From assembly GCA_964016885.1 (NCBI GenBank), contig OZ024746.1:39618001-39682000 (forward strand): a DNA stretch of 64,000 bases, written 5' to 3'. Below, piece by piece: positions 18,805 through 33,198 of this stretch (position 1 is its first letter; each line of letters begins with the position of its first letter). The translations under genes and the position numbers were made by a program. The notes below the pieces were generated by a model. The model had not been told where the DNA came from, did not search any database, and saw only the letters and a program-made list of their open reading frames with translations. Source of the stretch: Eledone cirrhosa (taxonomy: Eukaryota).

Positions 18805-19222
18805 GCCTTGCTCTCCTTTTCTCATTACTCCCCTTGCCCTCCTTGCTCTCCTTTTATCCTTGCTCTCCTTTTTCCATTACTCTACTTGCTCTCCTCTTCC
18901 ATTGCTCTCCTTTTCTCATTACTCTCCTTGCTCTACTTTTCTCATTACTCTCCTTGCTCTACTTTTCTCATTGCCCTCTTTGCTCTCCTTTTCTCCTTGT
19001 TCTCCTTGCCCTCCTTTTCTCATTGCTCTCCTTGCTCTCCTTTTTCCATTGCTCTCCTTGCTATCTTTTTCTCCATGCACTCCTTTCTCTCCTTTTCTCA
19101 TTGCTCTCCTTTTTCTATTGCTCTCCTTTCTCTCCCTTTCTCATTGCTCTCCTTGCTCTCCTTTTATCCTTACTCTCCTTGCTCTCCTTTTATCCTTACT
19201 CTCCTTGCTCTCCTTGCTCTTA
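18805..19222. repeat. Pyrimidine-rich minisatellite, ~26-bp unit ctccttgctctccttttctcattgct
   Basis: Degenerate tandem copies visible. Confidence 0.85.
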
Positions 19223-22002
19223 TATAATCCAAGGAAGAATTTACGAAAGTAGTTCTGCTGCTTTCTGAAAGCGAAGTAAGCCCATCAATTATGCACCTCT
19301 TCCACAGCCTACAGAAATGAAATAATCTCTACTCGCTTATATATAACTAAGCAGACAGAGCGATTAAGAGCTAAACCTCCTTACCACGAACTCAGCGCAG
19401 GGCTGTTAACTTTAGATATTTGATCGTTACACCATCAACTGCTACTCCCGTGTGATATGTGTTAAATGCAACATTGGTTTTTCGTAAATCATTAATGGAT
19501 GATTATCTTCAAAAGTTCACTTTCTCTCAAAATTACTGTGAATGTACTCTTGTGAATAATGTTGATTTTTTTCCATTAACACACTCTGACATAATTGTGC
19601 AATTGTTTGATTCAACCGCAGTACATTACTGGTATTTATTTTTGACACAACTGGAGAGGTGAAAACACAGCCACCACTGTGGAATTTTAATTCGAAGTAT
19701 ATACACCTTAAGGTAGTTCAACACGCTACTGTTTCTGCCATAGCAGCCCTCTCTTATTACAGTATATTCTAATTAGATACACAGAAATAGGATTAAAATT
19801 ACATAGATTTCTTTTTCAATATATTGCACTGATATGGTTCCTCCCTCATCTTCCGATTCCTATGGGTAATTAATATAGATATTTAGATATTTTGTTTTTC
19901 AAACAGACAACTTTAATGATCCAATAGTCAAATTCAATATCAGTAATGATAGATGTAATGATGTAAATATGCCCCTGTCATTTGTTGTTATTTGATAGAT
20001 AGAATTTTAGTTGAGAAATCTGGACGATAACGATGAAACCTACTATTAACACAAATATCATCATTTTCTTCTTCATGGTCATCAGTGGCAGTAGTTGAAA
20101 CATCATCTTCAGTGGTTAAAGTAAAGTTTAACCTGTCAAACAACCTAAATATTTAGGCCATGACCTAAATCTCATGGCGATTGATAGATTTTTTTTTTTT
20201 TTTACAAAAGCTAAGTACAACATAGGAAGTCTAAGTAAAGGTCGAGATTTTATTTTATTTTATTTTATTTTATTTTATTTCTTTTTTTTATAATTTTAAT
20301 CTTAAGCTAGCTCAGCTTATAGAATTGAAGTTAGCTCTCGTTTCCATAGCAGTAAAACATGGTACCAAAACAAGGTACCAAGTTCATGTGATTTGACCCA
20401 GAACATTTATCAGTTCGGCAACCTGTACCACACAAATCCTTTACTTGAATTACTTTTTGTTGATTTAATCTTTGTCTTTTAACTTTAGCAATATCCCAAT
20501 ATGATTAGTGTTACAAACAACTCGAATACTCCAAGGTTCATATAAAAATGTTATCGAGTCAAAAAATGGGGTTACATGATCTTCATGAGGAAATATATGC
20601 TACTCTCTCTCTAGGTTGACACGATACTTAAAATATGTTATCTATTACGTATAACCGGCAGTTAAACAAAATATAACACTCGCAGTCACTCCACCCCATG
20701 TACTAACCTCTATAGATTTGATACATATATAAAGATGTATACACACTTTGATTACTTGTACAGGCAATATTTATAAGAATGCTGTTGAAGTGTGTATACA
20801 TATTTTGGGGACACCCTGTATATATATATATATGTGTGTGTGTGTATCCAATCCAGGGCCTTTGCATTCCTGTTGGAGGAACCCCTCCTTTGCTGATCTC
20901 TGCAGATTTCTGTTTGGTGTTGGTCATGTCAGGGATGTAGTCGTACTCAGCACGCTTGACCATTTTCAGGTTGGGGAGGCTATTTAACTCATAGATGACC
21001 GTTGACTCTGAGGAGTTTTAACAGCTCTTGTTTATCTGTGTTGCTGGGGTTCAACTTACCCTTCTCAATTTCTGGATAAAGGCTTCTGGTGAATGGTTCT
21101 CCCCATGACACATTCTCACAGAGAAAAAAAGAGAAGGGGGTGGGGGAGAAGAAAAAGACAAAGAGAGAGCCAGATGGAGAAGGTATGGATGGGAGAGAGA
21201 ATGAGAGTTAGACAGACGGACAAACAGAGAGAGAGAGACATTGAGACAGAGAAAGGTGTAAGAGAATAATCTAGCCAGTATTTGACAGGTATTTTATCGT
21301 CTGGTGAGATTTGAACTCAGAACGCTGAGAGCCGAAACAAACACCGCCAGAATTTGAGACTCAGAAACAACAACAACAACAACAGCATCAGCATAAGTAA
21401 ACTAGTAAAAATACGTTGAAATAAAATAAAATCAAAGACAAGTGCGGTCCCATTTTCTCCTCTCGGCTGCTTATATAGCTAGCGTGTCTTAACTAATAAA
21501 CAGCTTCAGAGAGAACAAGTGAACGATATACTAATGTGTCGTATGAGACATATTAGAAGAAAGACATGATCCGCTCCAATGAGCCGCATAGTAACTAACA
21601 TGTTGAAGTATAGACAAATAACAAACCAACATTGAGATTTTGTTTTATCAACTAGTAGCCCCCTACGACGAACACGCTGAGTGGAACCTACCATTATGGA
21701 CATAAACTTAATTAATTAAAATTTCTTGGCTCAGTGCATTATATATATGTTAGGGCCAATTTTTCTATTTGTTATTTATGTATCAGGAATCCCTTCGTAT
21801 GATTCCTCCAGTCATTAATTTAAATTATCACGCTACCCGGTGTTCATTCGCTAAAGTCCAATATTCCTCACCAGTCATTCTAAGATCTTACCCTAACAGT
21901 CAGATTATGGTTTGCTGGCGAGGTCTAATAAAACGAAAGCATATCTAGAGTTGTGAACGTACTGCTAAAGATCAGTCTAACTTCCCCAGCATTCTACATT
22001 TA

Positions 22003-22175
22003 CAGACCAGCCAACTCTCGCCGTCCGACGAGGAGATCTCCTACCCAATTTTGGGTAGGTGAGAGATGTCTTCTCTTGTAAAATAGGTATAGTTCCCCAT
22101 TTTACCTCATATCTCCCCGTTTTGGGGCACGTTTTTTCACTCCCTGTTAGGGATTTTTAGAGGTTGGAAAGTCTA
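22003..22175. mobile_element. MITE with 13-bp TIRs and 6-bp TSD (cattta)
   Basis: cagaccagccaac...gttggaaagtcta flanked by cattta on both sides; homologous to 52138-52333. Confidence 0.75.
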
Positions 22176-23174
22176 CATTTAATATATCTTAATAATTCAA
22201 ATTTGTGTTGTCCCCTCTTACCTTTAATTTTTCTTTTTCGTATTGCTATGTTAAATATGTTAGCGGCCACTGTGTCCTATTGTTATATTTCCCAAACGAA
22301 ATGAGGTCTAGATTAAAACTTAACGAAAGATATTTCTACCATCTTTAGTGCGGTACAGATTATGATTGATGGCGTGCATATGTCTGGTCTACAGCTGATA
22401 AAGACTACTTTAGGCATAAAACTAAAAATATTGATCACGCTATAAAGGCATCGTTTGATTATTGATGAGCACAAAGAAAGTAATACAGCTCCGGCTATTA
22501 CAAACTATAAACACGAAAGAAGCTTTTCAACATTAGTACACTCATTTTTGTTGTTGTTGGCATTGCTGTTGTTCTTCTTATTATTATTTTTATTATTATC
22601 AACATCTTCATCTTGATTAATATTTATCGGTTTCTTTTCCTTGTTTACATTGAACAATACTTTATGATGTCTACAACAGATTTGTGTGATATATTAGTGT
22701 ACGGAAAGACGGCGAATTGACAGAGTCGTTAACACGTCGGAGAGAATGCCTTGCCATATCTGTCCTGGATCACTGCGTATTGAGTTCAAATAACACCACA
22801 GTCAAAACTCTGTCTTCTACCAGTCAAATACTGAGTCGACACTTCTCTCCCTCTCTCTCTATCTCCCACTCACTCTCTCCTTAAATAGACAATGTTACGC
22901 TATGAGAAGTGGTCTGGGGGAGAGTGGAACAACTTCAACTTCCCTTTCTTCAGAAATGGAGACGAGTTGAGTGAGGAATTAGCAACCTCTGCTCAGAGAA
23001 AAACTGATATGATACAAGGAGTATTCAAGAATAGACCCGCGTTCAGTACAATACAGCGTGGAATGGAAATAAAGAAAGCAAGAAACGGTAATTGGATACA
23101 TTAATGAAAGTATTACCTGTAATTCATTATAATATATGTGTGGATTTCCTTTGACTTTGGGTATTTACAAATCA

Positions 23175-23265
<91 letters not shown>

Positions 23266-23269
<4 letters not shown>

Positions 23270-23458
23270 AACCAGTAAGACCCCGACAGCAGAGCTCAAG
23301 CCGTTTCGACGGCTAATTCTGTCCAGAATTAGCCGTCGAAACGGCTTGAGCTCAGCCGTCGGGGTCATACTGGTTCCTATTACCCACTCTACTACCCCAA
23401 GTATTGAGTACTTTGGTGCGTTATGGTCCACCTGGTTCCTTACCACATTTCCTTCGTT
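23266..23458 (+). mobile_element. Fold-back insertion, family B (arms ~23266-23321 / 23324-23379, tail to 23458)
   Basis: Inverted repeat around ctg-tc-cag containing GAAACGGCttgagctcaGCCGTC-ggggt; (TA)n on both flanks. Confidence 0.85.
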
Positions 23459-23563
23459 ATATATATATATATATATATGAAAAGATTCAGGACCCCAAAT
23501 CTTTTTATATCATCCATGTCGAGTGGGTTATGGTCCACCTGGTATCTTACCACACCCTATCGG

Positions 23564-23654
<91 letters not shown>

Positions 23655-25825
23655 AAAGAGAGATTCGAAGCACAGGTGTTTGTGTTGATAGAAATTCCGG
23701 CTTCCTATTTCAGAGACATCGCTGTGTCTCGATATTTAAGACATAACCTTAAGACATGGCTGTATAAATGTAGTAACAGTAAGTACAGTTCACAACCTGT
23801 AATTATCAAAATCACTGTATAACTATTGAGTGTTCCATTAACTCTGTGGTCGGCATTGTTTGGGGGTTAGGGGCGGATTGGAAATGATTTATGTCTAGCA
23901 GGCCGGGCCGAATAAATATAAAACCATGACAAGTAAATATCTTTTTAAACCCCCTCCTTTATAAGAATCGATTATTCATGTAGATTATATTTCATTCATT
24001 TGGAAAAGTAAAAATATTTAATGTTTAAAATCTCACATCTAGGTAAACTTTCAGGGATTTTTTTTTTTTTTACCAAGTGAAGGGATCCCACTTAGTTTTT
24101 TTAATATAAAATATTGATTAATTTTCGGTCACTTTAAAATGAGACATTTTTATTGTACTGAGTTATTTTTATTGTTTGCTAACGAAATATTGGTTTCTGA
24201 TTTAGGCACAAGGCCAACAATTTGTGGGGAGGGGGTAGATTAAACCTTTTTAAGGATGAAAAGCAAAGCTTTTCCGAACGTAAAGGGACGTAACTATATG
24301 CCACTAAACATGTCGTCCGGCGCTCTACCGATACTGAAGGAAAGCAAACAATTTTTGTAAACAACGTCGTATATTCAATAAAATTTACGGGCTCGAATAA
24401 ATGAAGCGGTGGGTCGGATTTGCCTCGGGGGCCGTAGTTTACCGAGCCCATCCATTAGATTAGTGTTTGGGAGAGGCGGCGGCCGTGAGAGGTAATGAGG
24501 CGTGACTATTGAATGATTGTTATTAAAGTTTGATTGTAGTAATTAACAGTGGTTAAAGACTGGCAGTAGCTTAGCTATTTACATGTTATCAATGAATTAT
24601 ATTATTCGTACATGAACAAACTGAACATTATCGATACAAATGTAACACTTTATTTATTACATTATTTCCCCTACCATTTCCTGATACCTTCCTTCTTCAC
24701 CTGGCGCTGATGACATTATTATCACCGTTTCTACTACTAATACTATTTACTGAAGCATCTATCTTCATTACTATCTCGTAGTTGTTGGATGTTTATAGCT
24801 TGGCCTTTGTTAATGTTGGCTACTTTACAGGACGGCGGTTCACTCCTAAACCTTGGCAATAACATCTCTTGCATCCTACTCATCTACTTGTTTTTTTTTT
24901 GTTTTTTTTTCACACCTGCCTGCTGATTGCTGCAGCACAGGTGCGAAAATCTATGTAAATCAACACTTTAATGTGTGAACGGTCTATTTTTAAATACATC
25001 GCCACCGATCAGATCAAATTGTGTGCTCCGAAATATACACAATTTACAACTGCAAGTACAGATAGATAAAGTATATGTTTACTTTATATGTTTGACCCAA
25101 ATGCACAATATGTGCGTGCTTATTTCCGTGTGTGTGTGTGCGTGTGTGATTTTATATGTATGTATATATATATATATATATATATAGATATAGATATATA
25201 TATATATATATTGGAAATACTGGCAACATGACCAACCCCAAATCTAACAACATAAATATATACCAATATTCATATATATATATATATATATATACAGAGA
25301 GAGAGAGGGAGAGAGATAGATATATATATATATATAGAGAGAGAGAGATAGAGAGAGAAAAAACCTAACATACTATTGGTGAGACCGAAAAAACAGTTAT
25401 AGCATAATTGGACCATGTTGGAACAGCAATAGTGAAAAGTGAAACTGAAATGCTTTGTAGGAGGAGATGCTAAAAAAAAAGATGAAATAGTAATACGGTA
25501 AAAAGGAAATATAGGAAGTGGGAGAATAAAGAGCCAAAAAATAATACATCTAATAGAGTGAAGGATGCGTGGAAGGATATAGATCGTTAAACACGCAAGC
25601 TCTCGTACATGGATTCGTACATACATGTGTTTTATATTCATATAAGTAATTTTAGCGCCATGCATCCCCATCTCTCGCCCCATTAATCTCTCTCATTCCC
25701 CCTTCCTCTTTTTCTTTCTTATATGCACATATAAAATATGAGAGGGGGGGGGAGAAAGATAGACAGACTAGAATGTTGTCCAAAGGAATACAGAACAGTC
25801 TTAATTAATCTGTCTCTCTCTTTCT

Positions 25826-25909
<84 letters not shown>

Positions 25910-25931
25910 GTGTTCCAAACATGTATGCACA

Positions 25932-25990
<59 letters not shown>

Positions 25991-27445
25991 ATGTCTAGGG
26001 GGAAATGAAAGAGGCTGATCCCTAGATCGGACTAAGAAAACTATGTCTCCATTGGTCTTTCTATTTGTAATTCTATACATTGAGTCCCTTTTACCCATGA
26101 CAATTTTCCACTTCCTGTGATCTCCAGCCGAAAACATTGGCGAAAAATGAGAGTAGTATCAAACTCAGGAAGAAAGAAAATAAATTTTAAAAGTATATTC
26201 TACAAAGTTTGAATGTCAATCATGGAATCCTGTATTATAAGCTGAAGAACATTGCTAGCTAATGTGAGGAATTGTCAAACCCCTTTTTACAATCAAAACA
26301 TGCTGTCGCTTACTTTTCATTGTGCTTTTGTTTTGAACTTTAAACAATAAAACTGTCTTCCCATCAGTTACGAATTTCTTATCGTAACCAGCCTTAGTGC
26401 AATATGTTTCATGGATAGATTTAATATTTGGAGCCACCTATTTTCTGTTGTGTCTTGGAGGAATAATTATGACTACAGGTGGTTTTTTGATGTAATTCTT
26501 ATGTTCCATTTTGATTTGAAGAGTTTAGAAATCTTCGTTGAGACATTTCTGTTTCACATAAAATATAGTTGAAATTCAGTGAACTTACTAATTACCTGAA
26601 ACGATTGTTCTCTTGTCTTTATGATAAAGCCTAAAACTGTTCAATAACATGACGCACACATCTTATTCTAGGGTTTGTTATCATCATGTGTAACTTGCTT
26701 TAGTAATTACCTAACACGTGCATTGCTTGTTGTTATGGAGTGGTAGCTGCTGTATACAAACATCTGTTGAGTGTCCAATACATCAGATCAGCTATTTTAA
26801 TAAGATTATTTGAGATGTTAACAACTTTCAGCGTGTTCGTTGTTTCGTCACTATCATCAAAAGCAGCATTTTATCCAATGATACTTTAATGAATATGAAA
26901 ATATTTACCCTAAATTGTGGGTTAAATACTCTTTAACCTGTTTACATTCCGCAGTCATCCTTGTGGATCCATTTATTTATGGAGATATATGTGTGACGAG
27001 TTGTGATTGTGTTGACATTGGCAACAGCAATGTCAGAAGTTCTTTTCAGTTAATGTCATTCCCTTCTATAGCTTATTTCAACTGGCTTCAGATGTCTTTT
27101 AAAAATCGCTTGACATTACTGGAGTTATAATATGAGACAGGCATTCTTCAAACAATAAAATATGTCTCTTATCGCGACAGCGTAGCTGTGAGGTGATTTA
27201 ACGTTGGGACAGACTGCATCCCAGAAGAGACAATAGCAAAACTCTCTAGATTCTTTTTGTTTTTGTTTTTTGTTTTTTTTTTGTCGGAAGTTATAGCACT
27301 GAAGTGAATCTTGATTTAATTCGAAAGAACAGCTGCATCACTTTATATGGACACGTTAGCCATTTGATAAATAGAGATCGACAGCTAGTGAAAGAAGTAC
27401 TGGAAACAATATGATCGACTAAAATATTTGAAGGTGATGTCACAT

Positions 27446-27478
<33 letters not shown>

Positions 27479-27520
27479 TGACACATACGCACATGCATTG
27501 TCACACACACACACACTATG

Positions 27521-27569
<49 letters not shown>

Positions 27570-27645
27570 TTACACTGCCGAATGAAATGGCTAATCATGT
27601 AGAAGTCAATTCTGAATGAAATTATATATACACACACACACTCAC

Positions 27646-27780
<135 letters not shown>

Positions 27781-27831
27781 TTCATTCAGAATTGACTTCT
27801 ACATGATTAGCCATTTCATTCGGTAGTGTGA

Positions 27832-27881
<50 letters not shown>

Positions 27882-28366
27882 GTGTGTGTGTTTGTTTGTT
27901 TGTGTATGTATGTATATATACATACTGATGTTCTTACATTCACACATGGACATTCATACACACACACACACATCCTGACGTTCATACATACAGTACATAC
28001 ACGTTTGTCTGGTTTTACTGGAAAACTTTCGCTTTTGAAACGTTAAGGTCAGCATTATAATAATTATACATGCGCTTGTACTGTATACGTGTATGTATAT
28101 TAGCTGTATACGTCAGTATACTTCTTATATATGTCCTTGGTATATCAGTAATTAGGTGTTGAATATGCGTTCATGTATCCATACGCGAATATTTATATAT
28201 ATAAATGAGTGTGTGTGTGTGTGTTTGTGAGTATGTGTGTTTTGTGAATATGTGTGAGTTTGTGTGTATGTCATATACGAGCTCCAGCTAGTAGATATGT
28301 ATGTATATATTTCACTTTTAAATATGCATTCATATGCGCGTATGTATATATAAATCTATTGCAATG

Positions 28367-28426
<60 letters not shown>

Positions 28427-29031
28427 GTATTTATATATCTGTATATATCTGTACATACGCGAGGCGTACGTGTCGTGTTACAGTATGTTTTCTTTGGCGT
28501 GTTATTGGTATGTGGACACTTTTCAAATATTTGAAGTGGTCAAACATAATTACAACTGTGATGATGATTATTAAGTCTCGGACTGACCACTTAGGAAACA
28601 TGACGTCAGAGAAGCCAGATAAGCTAGCTTTATCATAGATCGATTTTTAGATAAGTTCGTATCCGGAAGTTACTTATTTGTGCTGTGTCCATTTTGCTTC
28701 CACCGGATTTCAGCTACACCACTTCGTTTTTGGCTTACACCTCCAATTATTATCCTCCTTCCTTTCAATACTTATGATGAATGTATTCATCTATGAACAT
28801 AACTGTGTGCGTGAGTGTGTGTATGTGTGTGTGTGTGTATGTGTGCGCGTATGTGTGCCTGTGTCTGTGTGCCTGTATGTAGGTGTATGTGTGTGTGTGC
28901 TATACTGGCTGTATGTATGTATGTATATATATAGATATATATATATATATAGATAGATATATGTACATATACATACATACATACATACAGCCAGTATAGT
29001 ACACAGGCACACACTCAGGCACACACATGCG

Positions 29032-29103
<72 letters not shown>

Positions 29104-29136
29104 TATATATATATACACATGTATATATATACACAC

Positions 29137-29197
<61 letters not shown>

Positions 29198-31054
29198 CAC
29201 ACACTCAGACACACATACATATTTATTCTCTGCATTTTTGCTTATCCTATATTGATATCTGTTTTGTGTATAAGTAGGTGGATATGTGTGGTAGAGCAAA
29301 AATTAAATCACTGTGTGGTGTCTGAATGTATTTATGTGTGTTTGTATGTATATGTATGTGTTTGTACATGAATGTGTGTGCACTGTCAAATTTGCTTCAA
29401 ACGAGAGCTATGAATGACTGTACATGTGTAATTAGGAAGTGCCTTCACACTGTGTGCAACCTAGTGTGTGTGTCTGTCTGTCTGTCTATCTGTGTGTATA
29501 CATGTATAAATATGTGCTTGAGGATATGGAATCACAAACACGCCGTCCATGAATGTGTTATATATATAAGTATATGTATCTAAATATGTATGTATTTGTT
29601 TGAAGTATTTATAGACAAACACTTATAAATGTGTATGTTTAAATATAATCCCTCTGAAGTTTAAGAGTTAAAATGAAACTGTGATTATGTTTCAATATCC
29701 ACAGCTGAGACTTTAATATTTAGTACCTTAGGCTAGCCCTACAAAATGTACCCCATTTTCCCTAATAAACTATATTTTCATCTTACAGTTTGGTACGCTG
29801 AAGAACCTAGCGTTGACACTTCTTGCTCTGACCACACTAAAAAAAAAATATATTAAGCCTGCATTCCCTACTACACAGTCCACACTCACCCACGCCAAAT
29901 CATGTGATAGGTAATAACGCTACACGTTCTTCTCTGCCCCTCTGCATATTCCCACCACAGCACTGTTACGCCACAAAGATGTTTAGCAATTAATTTATTG
30001 ATCGCAGGAATTTATTATATATTTAATTGAATTATACAAATTTGTTTTAAAAAAAACTGTGAACCTTCAAGGTTTAGTAATGCGCTTAGGTTTGCGCCAT
30101 AGGCAGTTTCCTTGTTGGCCTAATGGTAGGGCAACCCTGTAGATATCCATTTGTAACTATGGGTGTATAGAAACAGTTTTTTTTCCTGCCCATATATGAA
30201 TAAAAAGACTATTGCAAGTGATAATATTGCCTATTGAGTTCGTTCTGAAATTTAAAGAAAAAATTAACTGTACCTAAATAACCCAACATTAAAGTTCATG
30301 ACCATTTCTTTTTGCTCTAGAGAAAAATTCCGGGCATTATGGATTCTTAATATACAATTATTAAAACGTATATTCAACAATCGGTATGTTTTTCTCGTTA
30401 CAGCGCTGTTTTTATCGTTAAAGTTTGCAATGTGCAAAAGATTACTCAGTATGTAATTACGAAATGGGATTTCTTTCTCAAAAACATTTAATAGCAATTT
30501 CAGTGTATGTTAAATATTGCTACATATATAATTTATTCAATGATTTTGTTTATTTTACATAGAACCTGCGATTTAGTTTGAGAGAACAAAAAAAAAACAT
30601 GATTAACCATGCTTAACCAAGAGCATATGTGATATAGGAAAAGAAGAAAAATGTACCCTTAATTCTTGATGGAGTCGTAGAGCCACCTTCCTAACACACG
30701 GTATATCTTGGATATTTAATCCTTGTGGGTCTTATCCCTCTCCATGTCAGAATACAGCCTGTTTATTCGACAGATACAAGAAATACAGAGAGAGAGCGAA
30801 AGAATGTAATGAAGAAAACCCCGATACAGGATTGGTAATTTATTTATCGACCTCAAATGGCTGAAAATCTAAGTTGACCTCGACGGGATTTGAACTCTGA
30901 GCGCAATGAGCGAGATGGCATTTAATCCAATGTATCTAACCAATCTTGCTAGTTCTTAAGTGAAGTTATATATCTGAATTGAGACCCGAACTAGATTTAT
31001 CGAGACATTCCGTATGTTCTATTTATTAACTAACACCCTTATCTTTACAATAAT

Positions 31055-31235
31055 TGTTTCTACTTTAGGCACAAGGCCAGCAATTACCCAGTGCATTACT
31101 GGTACTTTATTTTATCGACCCCGTAAGGATGAAAGGCAAAGTCAACCTCGGCGGGATTTGAACTCATCGTAAAGGGACGTAAATATGCTGGAAAGCATGG
31201 CGTCCGACCCTCTACCGATACTGCCAATTCACCGC
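31055..31235 (-). mobile_element. tRNA-derived SINE (Meta-domain-like), TSD tttacaataat
   Basis: A box TGGCAGTATCGG, B box GAGTTCAAATCC, gcctttcatccttacggggtcgataaa core, 11-bp TSD. A degenerate relative lies at ~30835-30955. Confidence 0.9.
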
Positions 31236-33082
31236 TTTACAATAATGATTTGAATATATTAATGCTCTCTGTGTTCCCAAGTAAGCCTCTGGTTCTACCA
31301 GGAAGTAATTTTTCATGGAGTTAGATTTCAGTAACTGGAAGCATTACACGAATTGCATACCCGGTTTTTAACTTTGTTTTCTATAGTATTCAATACATGA
31401 GAGCAGGACTGGTGCTATCATTAGGCCAACTAGGTAGCCAGCTAGATAACCACCTAGGAGACACACCTCAGAGAGGTGCATTATGGAATTTTAAAGGAAT
31501 ACAATTTTATACAAATTTGTATAATTATCTTAAGTATATAATAATTTCCAGCGATCAATAAACGAATCATTAAATATCTTGACTGCGTTGGAGTGTCCTG
31601 GAAATATCCAAAGCGACGGAGAGTATTGTGTGGTGTTATGACCTGTCAAATAGTTTAGCCTGGGTGAGTTAGAACTGTGTAGTAGAAAATACAGGTTTAT
31701 TAATTTTCTTAGTGAGGTCAGAATAAAATGTGTCAAAAATTACATTTGTTAGTTTACCAAACTGTAAGTTGAAACTATTTTATTTTTGTTGAATGAAATA
31801 CATAATTAGTTGAAGCAAGTGTACACTGTAGGATTAGCCAATAGTGCTAAATATCCGGGTGTCGGCTTTGGATGAGAGCTAAATCTACATTTTGACATGA
31901 CGCCTATCTATTACAGTCACGTTTATCCCTATTCACCTACTTGTTCGTTTCTTGGTGACGAATTAAATATTCTAATGCATAATACCAATACAAACCACAC
32001 ACTGGACAGAGATTAGACATTGGTTTACACACATTAAATACATCCCTTACGACAGAATACATATTTTCTGAGCACTCTAATACCTCATATTTGTAAACAA
32101 TGACCTAACTAAATTTATTACAATTGATTTTATTCATTCATTCAGCTTTAGTTTATCTAATAGCTGAAGCTTATTAAGTCATAAATTACCAGATACTGTA
32201 ACCTTCATTATTGTTAATGAGCGGAAAGGGATTGGCTGATTTATTTTTATAACCGAAGAAAATCAGCAAAGAACTGGGGCAGAGCTATTTCAAGAGCAGA
32301 AATTTAATATGGGGATGTTTTGATTTCAGTTTATCGATCCAGCTTCAGTAAGAGCAACTGTTTACTGAATTTATTGCTTGACGAGCGACTTACTGTGAAT
32401 AGAAGTAGTTTTAGTTTGAAGACAACCGCTGTGCTGTTATATCACACACATTCTCTCTTTCCACCCCTCTCTCACTCCCCTCCCCTCTCTCTCCCTTTCC
32501 ACCCCTCTCTCACTCCCCCTCTCTCTCTCTCTCGCCCTCGCTCCGTAATATTTCATTTTGTTTGACTTTTGGTTTGATATATTAATAGTGATTTGCTTTA
32601 TTAATGTCTTGATTTCTCACAATGGCACACCGTCACACAATTTCTGATAGGTAGCTGTAACTCATTAATTCAACATATACCTGCTACATATGTTTTCGAT
32701 CATGATAAAATCCAAGATGACTACTTTGGGATTTGAACTCAATATAATATGAAACAGGATTCAGTACTTATTCTGAATGTGTTCTATTAAAATACTCTAA
32801 CGTGACAATTCAAGTTATAAATGAACTGAAATTGAAGGCTGATTTAATCTTTGTAACCTATCCAATATACCAGTAATATACATGGTGTCAAGTAGACATA
32901 ACTAATAAGGTATACCACGAAGATATTATATATATACTTTGGATCCTTAAAGTGGCCGAATGGTATGAGTGTTTATAAGTTATTTCTCAGCCTTGAACAG
33001 TATATATGATGATGAAAATTCTCACCGATTCACTATCTAGAGTTGTGTGTGCGTCTCTTCGTGTTGGAGCGGGTGTGTGTGT

Positions 33083-33198
<116 letters not shown>

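Noticed and set aside
18805-19222. Regularly repeated unit resembling a CRISPR array or an SLL-rich ORF
   Set aside because: Tandem degenerate minisatellite without unique spacers; eukaryotic context, no cas genes.
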